From a virus (Duplodnaviria; Caudoviricetes): a stretch of 43,034 bases of DNA. Made by a program: the position numbers and the translations under genes. Position 1 is the first letter of the stretch. Each line of letters starts with the position of its first letter. The DNA is taken from IMG/VR virus record IMGVR_UViG_3300034025_000032, positions 1-43,034 of that record; one strand, given 5' to 3'. Positions 1 through 9,993 of the stretch are shown here, in pieces. Below the pieces are notes generated by a model. That model was not told the DNA's origin. It saw nothing but the letters and a program-made list of their open reading frames with translations, and did no database searches.

Positions 1-42
1 CCCACGCACAGAATTTTTCCCCTTTTTCAAATCGGATTTCAA

Positions 43-438
43 ATGGCAGGCACAACCGGCAAGAGCGGCGGCGCCCGACCAGGGGCCGGCCGTAAGAAAA
101 AGATCGTCGAGGAATCGGCAAAAGTGACGCCCGGCGCGGCCGCGGTGTCGGTTTCGTTAGAGCCGCAGCCCGGTGGTGGCGCGTTGAAGCGCTCCAATGC
201 CGAGCCCGTGCCCCTTCCAAAAATGGACATGCTTCAAATGCTCCAGGCTGTCGCGCTGGGGCACGTCGAGGCGACCAACACCCAGGTGCGCGCGGCGATC
301 GCAGCGGTGCAGTACACGCACACCAAGAAGGGCGAGGGCGGCAAGAAGGACGAAGCTGCCGACAAGGCAAAACAGGCTGGGCAGGGGAAGTACGCCACGC
401 CGCCGGCACCACCACGCATGGTGGTCAACAATAAATGA
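43..438 (+). CDS. terS: Terminase small subunit
   Basis: N-terminal GGARPGAGRKK motif typical of TerS; overlaps the TerL start (ATGA). Confidence 0.85.
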   Translation: MAGTTGKSGGARPGAGRKKKIVEESAKVTPGAAAVSVSLEPQPGGGALKRSNAEPVPLPKMDMLQMLQAVALGHVEATNTQVRAAIAAVQYTHTKKGEGGKKDEAADKAKQAGQGKYATPPAPPRMVVNNK

Positions 439-2105
439 AGGCTTGGACCACGGCGCTGCCTGACTGGGAGCGGCGGATTGTGGCCAGCGAGTCGCTGATC
501 GCCTTCGATCCTTTGTTTCCTGATGAGGCTGAGGCTGCGCTCGGGCAGTTCGGCGACCTGCGGATGATGGACGCCGCTGGCAGCCCGTTGATGCGCGAGG
601 TGGTGCGCCCTTGGGTGAGCGACTTTGTGGCATCGATCTTCGGATCCTACGATCCGGACACCGGGCGGCGGCTGATCTCTGAGTACATGCTCTTGATCAG
701 CAAGAAGAACGGCAAGTCGACGATTGCGGCCGGGATCATGCTGACGGCGCTGCTGCGCAACTGGCGGCCCTCTGGCGAGTTCATCATCCTGGCACCGACG
801 AAGGAAATTGCGGATAACTCGTACCTGCCGATTCGCGACATGATTAAGGCGGACGACGACCTGCAGGCGATCTTTCAGGTGCAAGACCACCTGCGCACCG
901 TGACGCACCGCGAGATGAAGTCGACGCTCAAGGTTGTCGCGGCGGACAGCGATACGGTCTCGGGTAAGAAGGCCATCGGCGTATTTGTCGACGAGTTGTG
1001 GTTGTTTGGCAAGCGCCCCGGCGCCGAGGCCATGCTCCGGGAAGCGACGGGCGGTCTGGCATCGCGCCCGGAAGGCTTCCTTATCTGGGCAACCACGCAG
1101 TCTGATGATCCGCCAGCCGGTGTGTTCCGGTCCAAATTACTGTATGCGCGCGGCGTGCGCGACGGACGGATCGACGACAAGAAGTTCTTGCCGGTGCTAT
1201 ACGAGTTTCCGAAGGACCTGCTGGAGGAAGGTGCGCACCGGGACCCGGTGAATGCCTACATTACCAACCCGAATATGGGCTTGTCGGTGGACGAGGAGTT
1301 CATCGAGCGTGGCTACAAACAGGCGCAGGAGGACGGCGAGGAGTCCTTTCGTGGCTTCCTGGCCAAGCATTTGAACGTGGAGATCGGCCTTGCGCTGCGA
1401 TCTGACCGCTGGGCTGGCGCCGACTACTGGGAGCGCCGGGCTGAACCCGCATTTTCCCTCGACGAGCTGATCGCGCGCTGCGAAGTGCTGGACGTGGGCA
1501 TCGACGGCGGCGGCCTGGATGACTTGCTGGGGTTTGCGGTCATTGGCCGGTGCGCGACGACGCGCCGCTGGCTGGTGTGGGGCAGGGCATGGGCTCACCC
1601 CTCCGTGCTTGAGCGCCGGAAGTCAGAAGCGGCCCGCTTTCATGATTTCGCCAAGCAGGGTGACCTGATCATGGTCGAGCGCGTAGGGGATGACGTCGAC
1701 CAGGTGGCCGAGCTGGTGGCCAAGATGGAAGCCTCCGGCAAGTTGGACAAAATCGGCATCGACCCGTCCGGAATGGGCGGAATTCTCGACGCCATGCTCG
1801 AAGCGGGCGTCCCTGAAGACAAGATTGTGGGCATTTCGCAGGGCTGGAAGATGACCGGCGCCATCAAAACGGCCGAACGCAAGCTGGCAGAGGGTGTGAT
1901 TGTCCATGCCGGCCAGCCTCTAATGGCCTGGTGCATCGGCAACGCGAAGGTTGAGCCCCGCGGCAACGCCGTAATTATCACCAAACAGGCCTCCGGGTCC
2001 GCAAAAATCGACCCATTGCTGGCCATGCTGAACGCGGTTTCGCTCATGGCGCTGAACCCGGCCGCACAAAACAACGACTGGATCGACGACATGATCGTCG
2101 GATAA
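435..2105 (+). CDS. terL: Terminase large subunit
   Basis: Walker A-like ISKKNGKST, Walker B VFVDELW, nuclease GIDGGGLDD and C-terminal KIDPLLA; lies upstream of the portal. Confidence 0.97.
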   Translation: MKAWTTALPDWERRIVASESLIAFDPLFPDEAEAALGQFGDLRMMDAAGSPLMREVVRPWVSDFVASIFGSYDPDTGRRLISEYMLLISKKNGKSTIAAGIMLTALLRNWRPSGEFIILAPTKEIADNSYLPIRDMIKADDDLQAIFQVQDHLRTVTHREMKSTLKVVAADSDTVSGKKAIGVFVDELWLFGKRPGAEAMLREATGGLASRPEGFLIWATTQSDDPPAGVFRSKLLYARGVRDGRIDDKKFLPVLYEFPKDLLEEGAHRDPVNAYITNPNMGLSVDEEFIERGYKQAQEDGEESFRGFLAKHLNVEIGLALRSDRWAGADYWERRAEPAFSLDELIARCEVLDVGIDGGGLDDLLGFAVIGRCATTRRWLVWGRAWAHPSVLERRKSEAARFHDFAKQGDLIMVERVGDDVDQVAELVAKMEASGKLDKIGIDPSGMGGILDAMLEAGVPEDKIVGISQGWKMTGAIKTAERKLAEGVIVHAGQPLMAWCIGNAKVEPRGNAVIITKQASGSAKIDPLLAMLNAVSLMALNPAAQNNDWIDDMIVG

Positions 2106-2115
2106 CAGGGAATAC

Positions 2116-3426
2116 ATGAGCGAAACGAAGACACAAACGCCGGGCTGGTTCAAATCCACGCTCCAGCGATGGCTCGGCACGCCTATAGCCCTGTCGGACG
2201 GCGAGGCGTGGGCCGCAATTGCAGCAGAGGGGCGATTCAACGGCAAGCCTATGACCGTTGACGCTGCGCTGCAGCTGTCGACCGTCTGGGCCTGCGTGCG
2301 CCTGATCTCTGAAACTATCGCAACGCTGCCGCTGGGCTTCTACGAACGGATGCCGGATGGCTCCCGCCGGTATGCCGCTGAACACCCGTTGCACGATCTG
2401 CTGCGCAATCAACCCAACGCCGACATGACCTCGGTTCAGTTCTGGCAGGCGGTGATTGCCAGCATGCTGTTGTGGGGTAACGCATACGTTGAGAAAGCAC
2501 GTGTTGGTAAGAAAATTGTAGCACTGAATTTCCTGCTCCCTGGGCGCGTGAGCAAGCGCCGGCTACAGAACGGAAGCATCGAATACAAATACAAGGACCT
2601 GGACGGCAAGACCCGCGAGATCGCTGAAGCCGACATGATGAACATCCCGGCATTTAGCCTGGACGGTATAAACGGCCTGACACCGATGTCGTATGGTGCC
2701 AAGATTTTCGGTTCGGCTACGGCTACCGAGGAAGCAAGCGCGAAGGTCTTTACAAGCGGTATGCGTGCTGCCGGTTTCTTGAAGGTAAACGCCGCAGTGG
2801 ACGACAAGCAGCGCGAGAAGCTGCGCGCAAACCTGCAGAAGTTCGCCGCCGGCGGCGCAAATGCAGGCTCCACGATGGTCCTAGAGAACGGCACCGACTA
2901 TCAGCAGCTGTCGATGAACCCCGACGACAGCCAGATGCTGGAGAGCCGCAACTTCAATGTTGAAGAAATTTGCCGCTGGTTCCATACCCCGCCGTCGATG
3001 ATCGGACATGGTGGCGCTGCTTCCAACTGGGGCACCGGCATCGAACAGCAGATGATTGGGTTCCTCACCTTCTCGTTGAGGACCTGGATTAAGCGCGTCG
3101 AGGAAGCCATTCGGAAAGACCTCATCGAGCCGGCAGAGCGCAACCGCTTCGGTGCCCAATTTGTGATTGAGGGCCTGTTGCGCGCGGACTCCACCGCGCG
3201 CGCCGCCTTTTACGCCTCCGCTGCCCAAAACGGCTGGATGACCCGCAACGAGATCCGCAGCCTAGAAAACCTCCCACGAACGGATGGCGGTGACGAGCTC
3301 ACCGTCCAGAGCAACCTTATCCCCCTGACATTGCTCGGGAAAATCACTTCAACGGCAGGTGCTGCGAAGGCAGCGATGCTCAATTGGCTCGGCTTGCAGC
3401 CGGACGGAGAAAAAGATGAAACGTAA
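2116..3426 (+). CDS. HK97-family portal protein
   Basis: ALQLSTVWACVRLISETIATLP, LLWGNAY, EICRWFHTPP and GWMTRNEIRSLENLP motifs. Confidence 0.96.
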   Translation: MSETKTQTPGWFKSTLQRWLGTPIALSDGEAWAAIAAEGRFNGKPMTVDAALQLSTVWACVRLISETIATLPLGFYERMPDGSRRYAAEHPLHDLLRNQPNADMTSVQFWQAVIASMLLWGNAYVEKARVGKKIVALNFLLPGRVSKRRLQNGSIEYKYKDLDGKTREIAEADMMNIPAFSLDGINGLTPMSYGAKIFGSATATEEASAKVFTSGMRAAGFLKVNAAVDDKQREKLRANLQKFAAGGANAGSTMVLENGTDYQQLSMNPDDSQMLESRNFNVEEICRWFHTPPSMIGHGGAASNWGTGIEQQMIGFLTFSLRTWIKRVEEAIRKDLIEPAERNRFGAQFVIEGLLRADSTARAAFYASAAQNGWMTRNEIRSLENLPRTDGGDELTVQSNLIPLTLLGKITSTAGAAKAAMLNWLGLQPDGEKDET

Positions 3427-4114
3427 CAAGCACTCGAGTGGCATGCAGATTCGCTCGTTCGATTACCAAGTCAAGGCCGCTGAAACCAGCGGCCTTTTTT
3501 CTGGCTACGGCAGTGTGTTCGGCAACGTGGACTCGTACAACGAGGTCGTTGCGCCGGGTTCGTTTCTGGAAAGCCTCGCTGAAACCAAGGCCAAGGGACG
3601 CACCTTACCAGTGCTGTGGCAGCACCGCTCCGGCGAGCCAATCGGCGCCTGGGACATCGACAGCCTAAAGGAAGACGATCACGGCTTGATGGGCGCTGGC
3701 CAGTTGTGGCTCGACGCGGCACCGTACGCAAAGATCGCGCTGGCGGGAATGCAATCCAAGGCCATCACGGGCCTGTCGATCGGTTACTACGTCCGCGAAT
3801 CGTCTTACGACGAGAAGACCGGCATTCGCACGCTCAAGAAGCTGGACCTGGTCGAGATCTCGGTCGTGACCACGCCGGCGAACGACGACGCGCGCATCGA
3901 CGCCATCAAGGCGCTTGTCGCGCACGGCAATCTGCCAACCCTCCCCGAATTCGAAAAGCTCCTGCGCGAGGCAGGCTTTTCAAAAACCCAGTCTGCGGTG
4001 ATCGCTAACCGCGGCCTGGCGCACCTGCTCCGGAGTGAGTCCGAGGGCGACAACCACAGCGATTCGAAAACAGCCGATCTGAGCAGCCTGCTCAACGGTT
4101 TCTCCCTCAAATAA
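3416..4114 (+). CDS. HK97-family prohead protease
   Basis: FSGYGSVFGNVD, LWQH, GLSIGY and LVEISVVTTPAN motifs; ATG 3416 chosen as the start. Confidence 0.95.
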   Translation: MKRNKHSSGMQIRSFDYQVKAAETSGLFSGYGSVFGNVDSYNEVVAPGSFLESLAETKAKGRTLPVLWQHRSGEPIGAWDIDSLKEDDHGLMGAGQLWLDAAPYAKIALAGMQSKAITGLSIGYYVRESSYDEKTGIRTLKKLDLVEISVVTTPANDDARIDAIKALVAHGNLPTLPEFEKLLREAGFSKTQSAVIANRGLAHLLRSESEGDNHSDSKTADLSSLLNGFSLK

Positions 4115-4128
4115 TCAAGGACTCAAAA

Positions 4129-5394
4129 ATGAAAAAGCACTTCCATAAATTCCAGGACCGCGGCGAAATGATGCGTAAAGATGCCGGCGGTTCCGGCGAT
4201 ACCGGCGCGGCCGAAATCAAGAAAGCACTCGAGCGCATCACCGATCAGGTGAAAGAAGCCGGCGAGAAGGCCCTCGGCGAAGCCTCCAAAGCCGGCGACA
4301 TGTCGCAGAAGAACAAGGAAGCAGTTGATGAGCTGCTGATCAAGTTCAACGGCCTGACCGCTGAGCTGAAGGAAGTTCAGCAGATGCAGGTCCGTCGTGC
4401 GGGCGAAGTCGATCTTGAAGAAATCAAGTCGATGGGCCAGCGCGTGATCGAAAGCGATTCCTTCAAAAACATGAATAGCTCGGATCGCAAGAGCATGCGT
4501 GTTCAGATGGAGCGCAAGGACCTCCTGAGCGTGACCGCAACCTTCGGCAACGGCGCCAGCTCCAGCAACTCGCTGGTGAGCGCAAACCGCCAGACGGGCA
4601 TCATTCATGCGCCACAACGCATGATGACCATCCGTGACCTGATCATGCCTGGCCAGACCGATTCGAGCTCGATCGAGTACGTCGTGGAAACGGGTTTCAC
4701 CAACAACGCTGGAATGCAGGTCGAAGGCGCCGCGAAGGGTAAGTCGGACATCACCTTCAACCTGAAGACCGCAGCAGTGCGCACTATCGCTCACTACTTC
4801 AAGGCATCGCGCCAGCTGCTGGACGATGCCAAGGGTCTGGCCAGCTATATCGACGGCCGCGCGCAGTACGGTCTGCGCCTGAAGGAAGAGCAGCAGCTCC
4901 TGTCCGGCGACGGCACCGGCGCCAACATCCTGGGCATCCTGCCGCAGGCGACCGCGTTTGTCGCCAACGCTGGCGTCACCGTGGTGGGCCCGACCGGCAT
5001 CGATCGTCTGCGTTTGGCCATTCTGCAGGCGATGCTTGCAGAATACCCTGCGTCCGGCTTCGTGCTGAACCCGATCGATTGGACTGGTATCGAACTGACC
5101 AAAGATGCCGAGGGTCGCTACATCATCTCCGCGCCGCAGGACGCAGGCACTCCACGCCTGTGGGGCCTGCCGGTCGCACAAACCCAGGCCATGGCCGTCA
5201 ACAACTTCCTGACCGGTGCGTTCGACATCGCAGCTCAGATTTTCGATCGCATGGAAATTGAAGTCCTGCTGTCGACCGAGAACGAAGACGACTTCATCAA
5301 AAACATGTGCACGATCCGCGCCGAAGAACGCCTGGCGCTGGCTGTGTACCGTCCGGAAGCCTTCGTCGCCGGCCTGGTCAAGCCAGCCGCTTAA
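4129..5394 (+). CDS. Major capsid protein (HK97 fold, N-terminal delta domain)
   Basis: Coiled-coil N-terminus; IAHYFKASRQLLDD, PRLWGLPV and IRAEERLALAVYRPEAF motifs; SD AAGGA. Confidence 0.97.
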   Translation: MKKHFHKFQDRGEMMRKDAGGSGDTGAAEIKKALERITDQVKEAGEKALGEASKAGDMSQKNKEAVDELLIKFNGLTAELKEVQQMQVRRAGEVDLEEIKSMGQRVIESDSFKNMNSSDRKSMRVQMERKDLLSVTATFGNGASSSNSLVSANRQTGIIHAPQRMMTIRDLIMPGQTDSSSIEYVVETGFTNNAGMQVEGAAKGKSDITFNLKTAAVRTIAHYFKASRQLLDDAKGLASYIDGRAQYGLRLKEEQQLLSGDGTGANILGILPQATAFVANAGVTVVGPTGIDRLRLAILQAMLAEYPASGFVLNPIDWTGIELTKDAEGRYIISAPQDAGTPRLWGLPVAQTQAMAVNNFLTGAFDIAAQIFDRMEIEVLLSTENEDDFIKNMCTIRAEERLALAVYRPEAFVAGLVKPAA

Positions 5395-5410
5395 CCGCAC
5401 GCAACCAATG

Positions 5411-5442
5411 AAAGAGCCGCCTCCGGGTGGCTCTTTTCTTTT
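5411..5442 (+). terminator. Rho-independent terminator after the capsid gene
   Basis: AAAGAGCCGCC-tccg-GGTGGCTCTTT followed by a T-rich run. Confidence 0.8.
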
Positions 5443-5454
5443 CAGGAGAACGAC

Positions 5455-5697
5455 ATGAACAACGAAAACAAGGTCCAGGTCAAGGCCATCCGCACCTTCG
5501 AAGGTGAGGAAGGCTTCAAGTCACCTGGCGACAAGTTCGAGGTAACGCGCCAGCGCGCGGCTGACCTCAAGGCCAACGGACTCATCAAGGAAATCGCCTC
5601 TGCAGATCCTGCCGAAGAGAAGGCGGCTCCAGCTGCTGACACTAAGCAGGCTCCCGAGCCGAGCAACAAAGCCGCCGCCAAGCCAGCCAACAAGTAA
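5455..5697 (+). CDS. Small capsid-adjacent protein with Ala/Lys/Pro-rich tail
   Basis: SD AGGAG; GDKFEVTRQRAADLKANGL pattern is common in small ORFs following HK97-like capsid genes. Confidence 0.75.
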   Translation: MNNENKVQVKAIRTFEGEEGFKSPGDKFEVTRQRAADLKANGLIKEIASADPAEEKAAPAADTKQAPEPSNKAAAKPANK

Positions 5698-5712
5698 TAA
5701 CGAAAGCACGCC

Positions 5713-8241
5713 ATGTCTCTGCAAGCCCCCGGAACTCCTGCGATTAACCTGCCCGCGTTTGCGGCGCCAATGTTTTCCGCTGCTCGTGTTCCCTTGGGTG
5801 CGGCCGTGACTGACGTGCGTTTCGAGAGCACTGGCATGGTCGATCAGATCGCTCTTCCGTTCACCATCGGCCATCCCTTCAAGGAAGGCGACCTGGGACC
5901 AACCGACGGTCTGTATGGGCGCTTTGCTGATGGCGAGGTGATCGAGTTGCAGGTGGAGCATAAAGCTAGCCATAAGGACGGCTCGGTGCGCCACTCTGCG
6001 ATTTCAGGCGTGCTGCCGTTCATCGCTGCAGGGGCCGTGGTACCCATGGAGCTGGTGCGCGGCCCGGCACTAAACAAGTCCCGCGGCATGGCTGTCGGTC
6101 CGGATCAGGTAGTTGTTCTGGCTGTACATCTCGGCACCACCTACGCCGCGAAGACCCCGACGACGCCGCGCATTTCCCACCAGGGCTCGATCATGACGGA
6201 GTGGCGTTATCTCCGCCCGATGCTCGACGCCAACGGGATCGCACATAAAGAGCTGCGCGCGCAGATCTCGGTGCGCCAGTATTCCACCGGCCACGTCCGC
6301 ACTGATGTGGTGTACGAAAACTGCGACGCTTTCGTGGCAAACCTCGACCTCATTTTCGACGGGCGCGTGGTCGACGCTTCAAGTGGCGAGACGCTCTGGA
6401 ACCTGCCGAGTGCCACGTTCGCGCGCGGGCAGCGCCATCACCGCGTTTTTTGGCACGGCGAATCAGCACCGCAACTGCACATTCAGCACAATTCGGCCTA
6501 TGTCATCGGCTCCATGCAGGTGCCGGCGCTTGACCAGCGCGTGAAGCCTGCCCCTGAATTCTTGGCATCGCTGGGCCGGGACGCGCGTACAAAGAACTAT
6601 GGTCCGGGCGGGTTTGGCCGATTTAACCCGTCTATGCCAACCGCGGGCGGCCGAAATGAACTGGCCCTGATGCCGGATTCGCACGCCGCTTACCTGCTTT
6701 CGATGAACAAGGATGCATGGGCGGCCATGATGAATGATGCTGACGCGGGCGGCTCGTGGGGTCTGCACGTGCGCGACACCAGCGCCGGTCCCCTTGCTGG
6801 TTACCCAATGGACGTATTCCATTGGCCGCACGTGTCGAACTTGCAAAATGCGTCGGACACGCTGAACAAGCTGACCGGCAAAGATGAAAAACTACCGATG
6901 TATCCACAGGGATACAAGAGTGCGAACATTGGTCAGGTTGATGTAGCGCACCAGCCGGCATTCGCCTACCTGCCGTACGTGCTGTCGGCCGACCAGTACT
7001 ACCTCGACGAGCTGCATTTCCAAAACGGGTACAACTCGATCAGCAACAACCCTGTCTACCGACATTTCGGCAAGGGGCTGTTGCATCGCAATCAGGTGCG
7101 CGGCCAAGCATGGGCATTCCGCACGTTAGCGCAGTGTGTCGCCATCACGCCCGACGACCATCCGGCCAAGCCCGGCTTCATCTATTCGTTCGAAGAGAAC
7201 GTGAAGTATTACCTGGCGCGCTACGTAGACAAGACCGTGCGTTTCGACGGCTCGCCGCTGCCGCCGCCAGAACAGCGCGTGCTGGCCGACGAAGTGAGCG
7301 TGCTTGGCTTCTTGAATGACGGCTACGCGACCAACTACAAAGCGCCGAACCTTCCAGGCGCACCCGTCACACCGGACGGTATGGATTTTGGTGTCGGGGT
7401 CGGACCTTGGCAGGATGATTTCACCACCGCTTCATGGTTCCACGCCTACGAGCTTACCGGACACCCCGGCGTACTGCGTTTCCTTCAGTGGAAATGCCGC
7501 TTCGTGATGGAGCGCATGGCCGGGCAGGGCGTCTGCTGGATCGACGCTGGTGTATCCGTCCTGCGGGTCCGCGACCTGCCGACCACGCCGCTGTACAAGA
7601 CGATCGCCGAGTGCTACGAGAAGACCCTGGGCACCGCGATCTTTTCGGCGCCATGCAACAGCCCGGAGCGACTGGCGTTGATGAATGCGAAGCTTTCTGA
7701 GGCAGGCAAGCTGGGCCTGAGCGAAATCTACAACTACCCTGCGGACAAAACTGGGTACGCAGCCCAGATGCAGGGCGCTTTGGCTGCGGCTGTCGCCATC
7801 GGCTACCCGGGCGCGGCCGAGCAGTGGGCACGCTACGAATCGCGCAAGAAGAAGCAGCAGTACCACCTCGGCCCTCAGTTCGCCATTGTGCCGCGCGCCG
7901 CTGACGTCGCCGTGCCAACGCCGCTGCCCACCCCTGACCCAGCGGTTCCGCCGGTTGTGGTGACGCCAACGCCAGTTGAGCCGACCCCGACACCAACACC
8001 GACCCCGACACCAACGCCGGTACCTGAGCCCACGCCAGTGCCGCCTGTGGTGCCGACCCCAGTACCAACGCCTGACCCGGTAATTCCGGAGAAGCCACCA
8101 GTCGTGGCGCCGCCTCTGCCAGCCGTGCCGAGCGTCACGGTGGCGAACGAGCGCCTCATCGCCGGGCAGGAATACGTCGTGACGATCACCAACGCGAGCA
8201 ACCAAATCCTGGCCGTGCAGTTCCCGGTCGTGGCTAAGTAA
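5713..8241 (+). CDS. 842-aa putative polysaccharide-lyase-like (PcRGLX/YetA-like) virion accessory protein with Pro/Thr linker
   Basis: Long ORF; N-terminal PFTIGHPF..LQ..ASHKDGSVRH recalls the RGLX/YetA N-domain; aromatic/His-rich core (QVRGQAWAFR); PT linker then a short C-terminal beta segment. Function is inferred. Confidence 0.55.
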   Translation: MSLQAPGTPAINLPAFAAPMFSAARVPLGAAVTDVRFESTGMVDQIALPFTIGHPFKEGDLGPTDGLYGRFADGEVIELQVEHKASHKDGSVRHSAISGVLPFIAAGAVVPMELVRGPALNKSRGMAVGPDQVVVLAVHLGTTYAAKTPTTPRISHQGSIMTEWRYLRPMLDANGIAHKELRAQISVRQYSTGHVRTDVVYENCDAFVANLDLIFDGRVVDASSGETLWNLPSATFARGQRHHRVFWHGESAPQLHIQHNSAYVIGSMQVPALDQRVKPAPEFLASLGRDARTKNYGPGGFGRFNPSMPTAGGRNELALMPDSHAAYLLSMNKDAWAAMMNDADAGGSWGLHVRDTSAGPLAGYPMDVFHWPHVSNLQNASDTLNKLTGKDEKLPMYPQGYKSANIGQVDVAHQPAFAYLPYVLSADQYYLDELHFQNGYNSISNNPVYRHFGKGLLHRNQVRGQAWAFRTLAQCVAITPDDHPAKPGFIYSFEENVKYYLARYVDKTVRFDGSPLPPPEQRVLADEVSVLGFLNDGYATNYKAPNLPGAPVTPDGMDFGVGVGPWQDDFTTASWFHAYELTGHPGVLRFLQWKCRFVMERMAGQGVCWIDAGVSVLRVRDLPTTPLYKTIAECYEKTLGTAIFSAPCNSPERLALMNAKLSEAGKLGLSEIYNYPADKTGYAAQMQGALAAAVAIGYPGAAEQWARYESRKKKQQYHLGPQFAIVPRAADVAVPTPLPTPDPAVPPVVVTPTPVEPTPTPTPTPTPTPVPEPTPVPPVVPTPVPTPDPVIPEKPPVVAPPLPAVPSVTVANERLIAGQEYVVTITNASNQILAVQFPVVAK
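7912..8130 (+). repeat. Pro/Thr/Val low-complexity linker repeats
   Basis: Encodes PTPLPTPDP..EPTPTPTPTPTPTPVPEPTP..; CCGACC/CCAACA-type 6-mers. Confidence 0.9.
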
Positions 8242-8284
8242 ATAACCCCGCCCACCGGGCATAAACACACAGACGAGGTAAAAA

Positions 8285-8755
8285 ATGGCAACTGGCACCG
8301 TAAAATGGTTCGCGCAGGCACTGCATGATTTAGGCGAAAAAATCCACGACCTGAGCAGCGATGATTTTCGAATGGGTATTGTCACGGCGGTGACGGCGCC
8401 GACGAAGGACACCGTCGCTCCGCACTGGGGCGGAACGGGCACGACAAACTTTGCGAGCACGCAGGTACCCGTCGGCGGCACGAGCTACACGGCCCCTGTC
8501 GCCCTGAGCGGCGAATCGTGGACCATCGTTTCTGGCGTGCCTACCTTCCGTGCGGCGGTCGTGACGCTGAATGCTGATGCCTCGGGCTTCACAAACGGCG
8601 CTTACGGGATCATTTATAACAACACCGATGCCAGCAAGCGCGCCATCGCGTTCGTCGAGATCTCGGCTGCGGGTACCGCATCTCTGGTTGCCGGTCAGTT
8701 GGTAATCGACTGGTCTGGGGAAAACAACGATATTTTGACGCTGACGCAAGCGTAA
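8285..8755 (+). CDS. Small beta-rich virion fibre subunit-like protein
   Basis: SD GAGGT; IHDLSSDDFRMGIV..GGTSYT..YGIIYNNT..AIAFVEI pattern seen in phage minor structural/fibre proteins. Confidence 0.6.
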   Translation: MATGTVKWFAQALHDLGEKIHDLSSDDFRMGIVTAVTAPTKDTVAPHWGGTGTTNFASTQVPVGGTSYTAPVALSGESWTIVSGVPTFRAAVVTLNADASGFTNGAYGIIYNNTDASKRAIAFVEISAAGTASLVAGQLVIDWSGENNDILTLTQA

Positions 8756-8757
8756 GC

Positions 8758-9984
8758 ATGGCAACGCCGGTCAGTGACTCATACTCGGTCGCTAGTGGAC
8801 AGAGTATCTACGGTGGTCGGGCAGCGCCCGCTGCGCCGATGGCTTACACCAGCATTCAAGGCGGCATGATAGGGCAGTCAAATATGGAGAATTTTCCAAA
8901 GACGCCTGACATTTATCCGCTGGGAGCTGCCGGAACAACCGCATATAGCCGAGCAGGTATTTGGCAGCGCATTGGTAACATAAACGACGCGCGCCCCGCT
9001 GGCCAGCAGTCGAGCCTCGGTTCATTCACAGCTTCAGCCAGCGATAACGGGGCGCCGATTCGGGGCGATGGGCTTGTATTTTTCGCCAATGCACTTCGCG
9101 CTGCGGCCGATGTCCCAGTCCGCCTCATCGAACGCGCCAAGGGAGGCTCGCTCATTTCGAGCTGGATCGACCCGGGTGCTGGCCCGGCAAATAATTGGAG
9201 CACCTTCCGCGATGCTGTGATAGCAGCAGGCGGTGGACTGGACTTCGCCATCTGGTACCAAGGCGAACAAAACGCTCACAACTTGAATCCCGTGACGCAT
9301 GTTGCAGCCTTAAACACGGTGTATCAGCAGTGCTTGACTCTGTCCGGGAAAACCGCTGACAAGTTCTTTTTTGGCGTGATCTCGATCGGTGGACTCGGCG
9401 CATACAATTCCACCGTCGTAGGCGAATCCGGGGCCATGCGCGCTTTGCTCTGCGAGTGGGCGAACAGTACCCCTGGCGTCTTTCTGGCCACGTCTGCCCA
9501 TGATGGCTGGACATCAGACGGCGTGCACCAGACCGGCAAACCGTTTGGATGGATTGGCAACCGTGCTGGCAAGACCCTGGCCAACAAGATGGGATTCGGC
9601 GGCGTGTCCGGCGCCGGCCCGCGCATTAGTAATTTCACCCGAGTATCGCGTGCTGTCACTGCCAACATCGTCCATACGGGTGGAACATCGCTCATGGATG
9701 GCGCAGGAGGAACTGCCGGCACTGCCCTTACAGGATTCGAGTTCAAAGACGACAACGGGGTGATTGCACACACTACAGCCTTCGTTGGCGGGAACATTGT
9801 GTGCACTCTGGACCGCGATGTTGTCGGCTCGCTGACCGGGTCTTACGCAATGATGGATGCGCCCTACAGTGCGAGTTCGACCGTGCAACCAACTGCCGCG
9901 GCAGTGGTGTATGACAACGCGATATATTTTGGCAGCACGATTGGCTGTCCACTGCAGCCTCGCGGCGCGCTTACTATTCTTTAA
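8758..9984 (+). CDS. SGNH-family carbohydrate O-acetylesterase (SASA/DUF303-like)
   Basis: All four SGNH blocks present: GQSNM, RAKGGS, WYQGEQN, DGVH; no obvious signal peptide. Confidence 0.85.
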   Translation: MATPVSDSYSVASGQSIYGGRAAPAAPMAYTSIQGGMIGQSNMENFPKTPDIYPLGAAGTTAYSRAGIWQRIGNINDARPAGQQSSLGSFTASASDNGAPIRGDGLVFFANALRAAADVPVRLIERAKGGSLISSWIDPGAGPANNWSTFRDAVIAAGGGLDFAIWYQGEQNAHNLNPVTHVAALNTVYQQCLTLSGKTADKFFFGVISIGGLGAYNSTVVGESGAMRALLCEWANSTPGVFLATSAHDGWTSDGVHQTGKPFGWIGNRAGKTLANKMGFGGVSGAGPRISNFTRVSRAVTANIVHTGGTSLMDGAGGTAGTALTGFEFKDDNGVIAHTTAFVGGNIVCTLDRDVVGSLTGSYAMMDAPYSASSTVQPTAAAVVYDNAIYFGSTIGCPLQPRGALTIL

Positions 9985-9993
9985 GAGGTTCAC

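Noticed and set aside
4123-5400. 425-aa antisense ORF over the capsid gene, and similar ones at 7432-8481 and 22831-23808
   Set aside because: Shadow ORFs expected from GC-rich codon bias; no motifs or RBS seen.
8285-8311. MATGTVKWF is identical to the start of CspA cold-shock proteins
   Set aside because: No KGFGFI or VFVH RNP motifs follow; the 156-aa length and the remaining sequence fit a virion structural protein.
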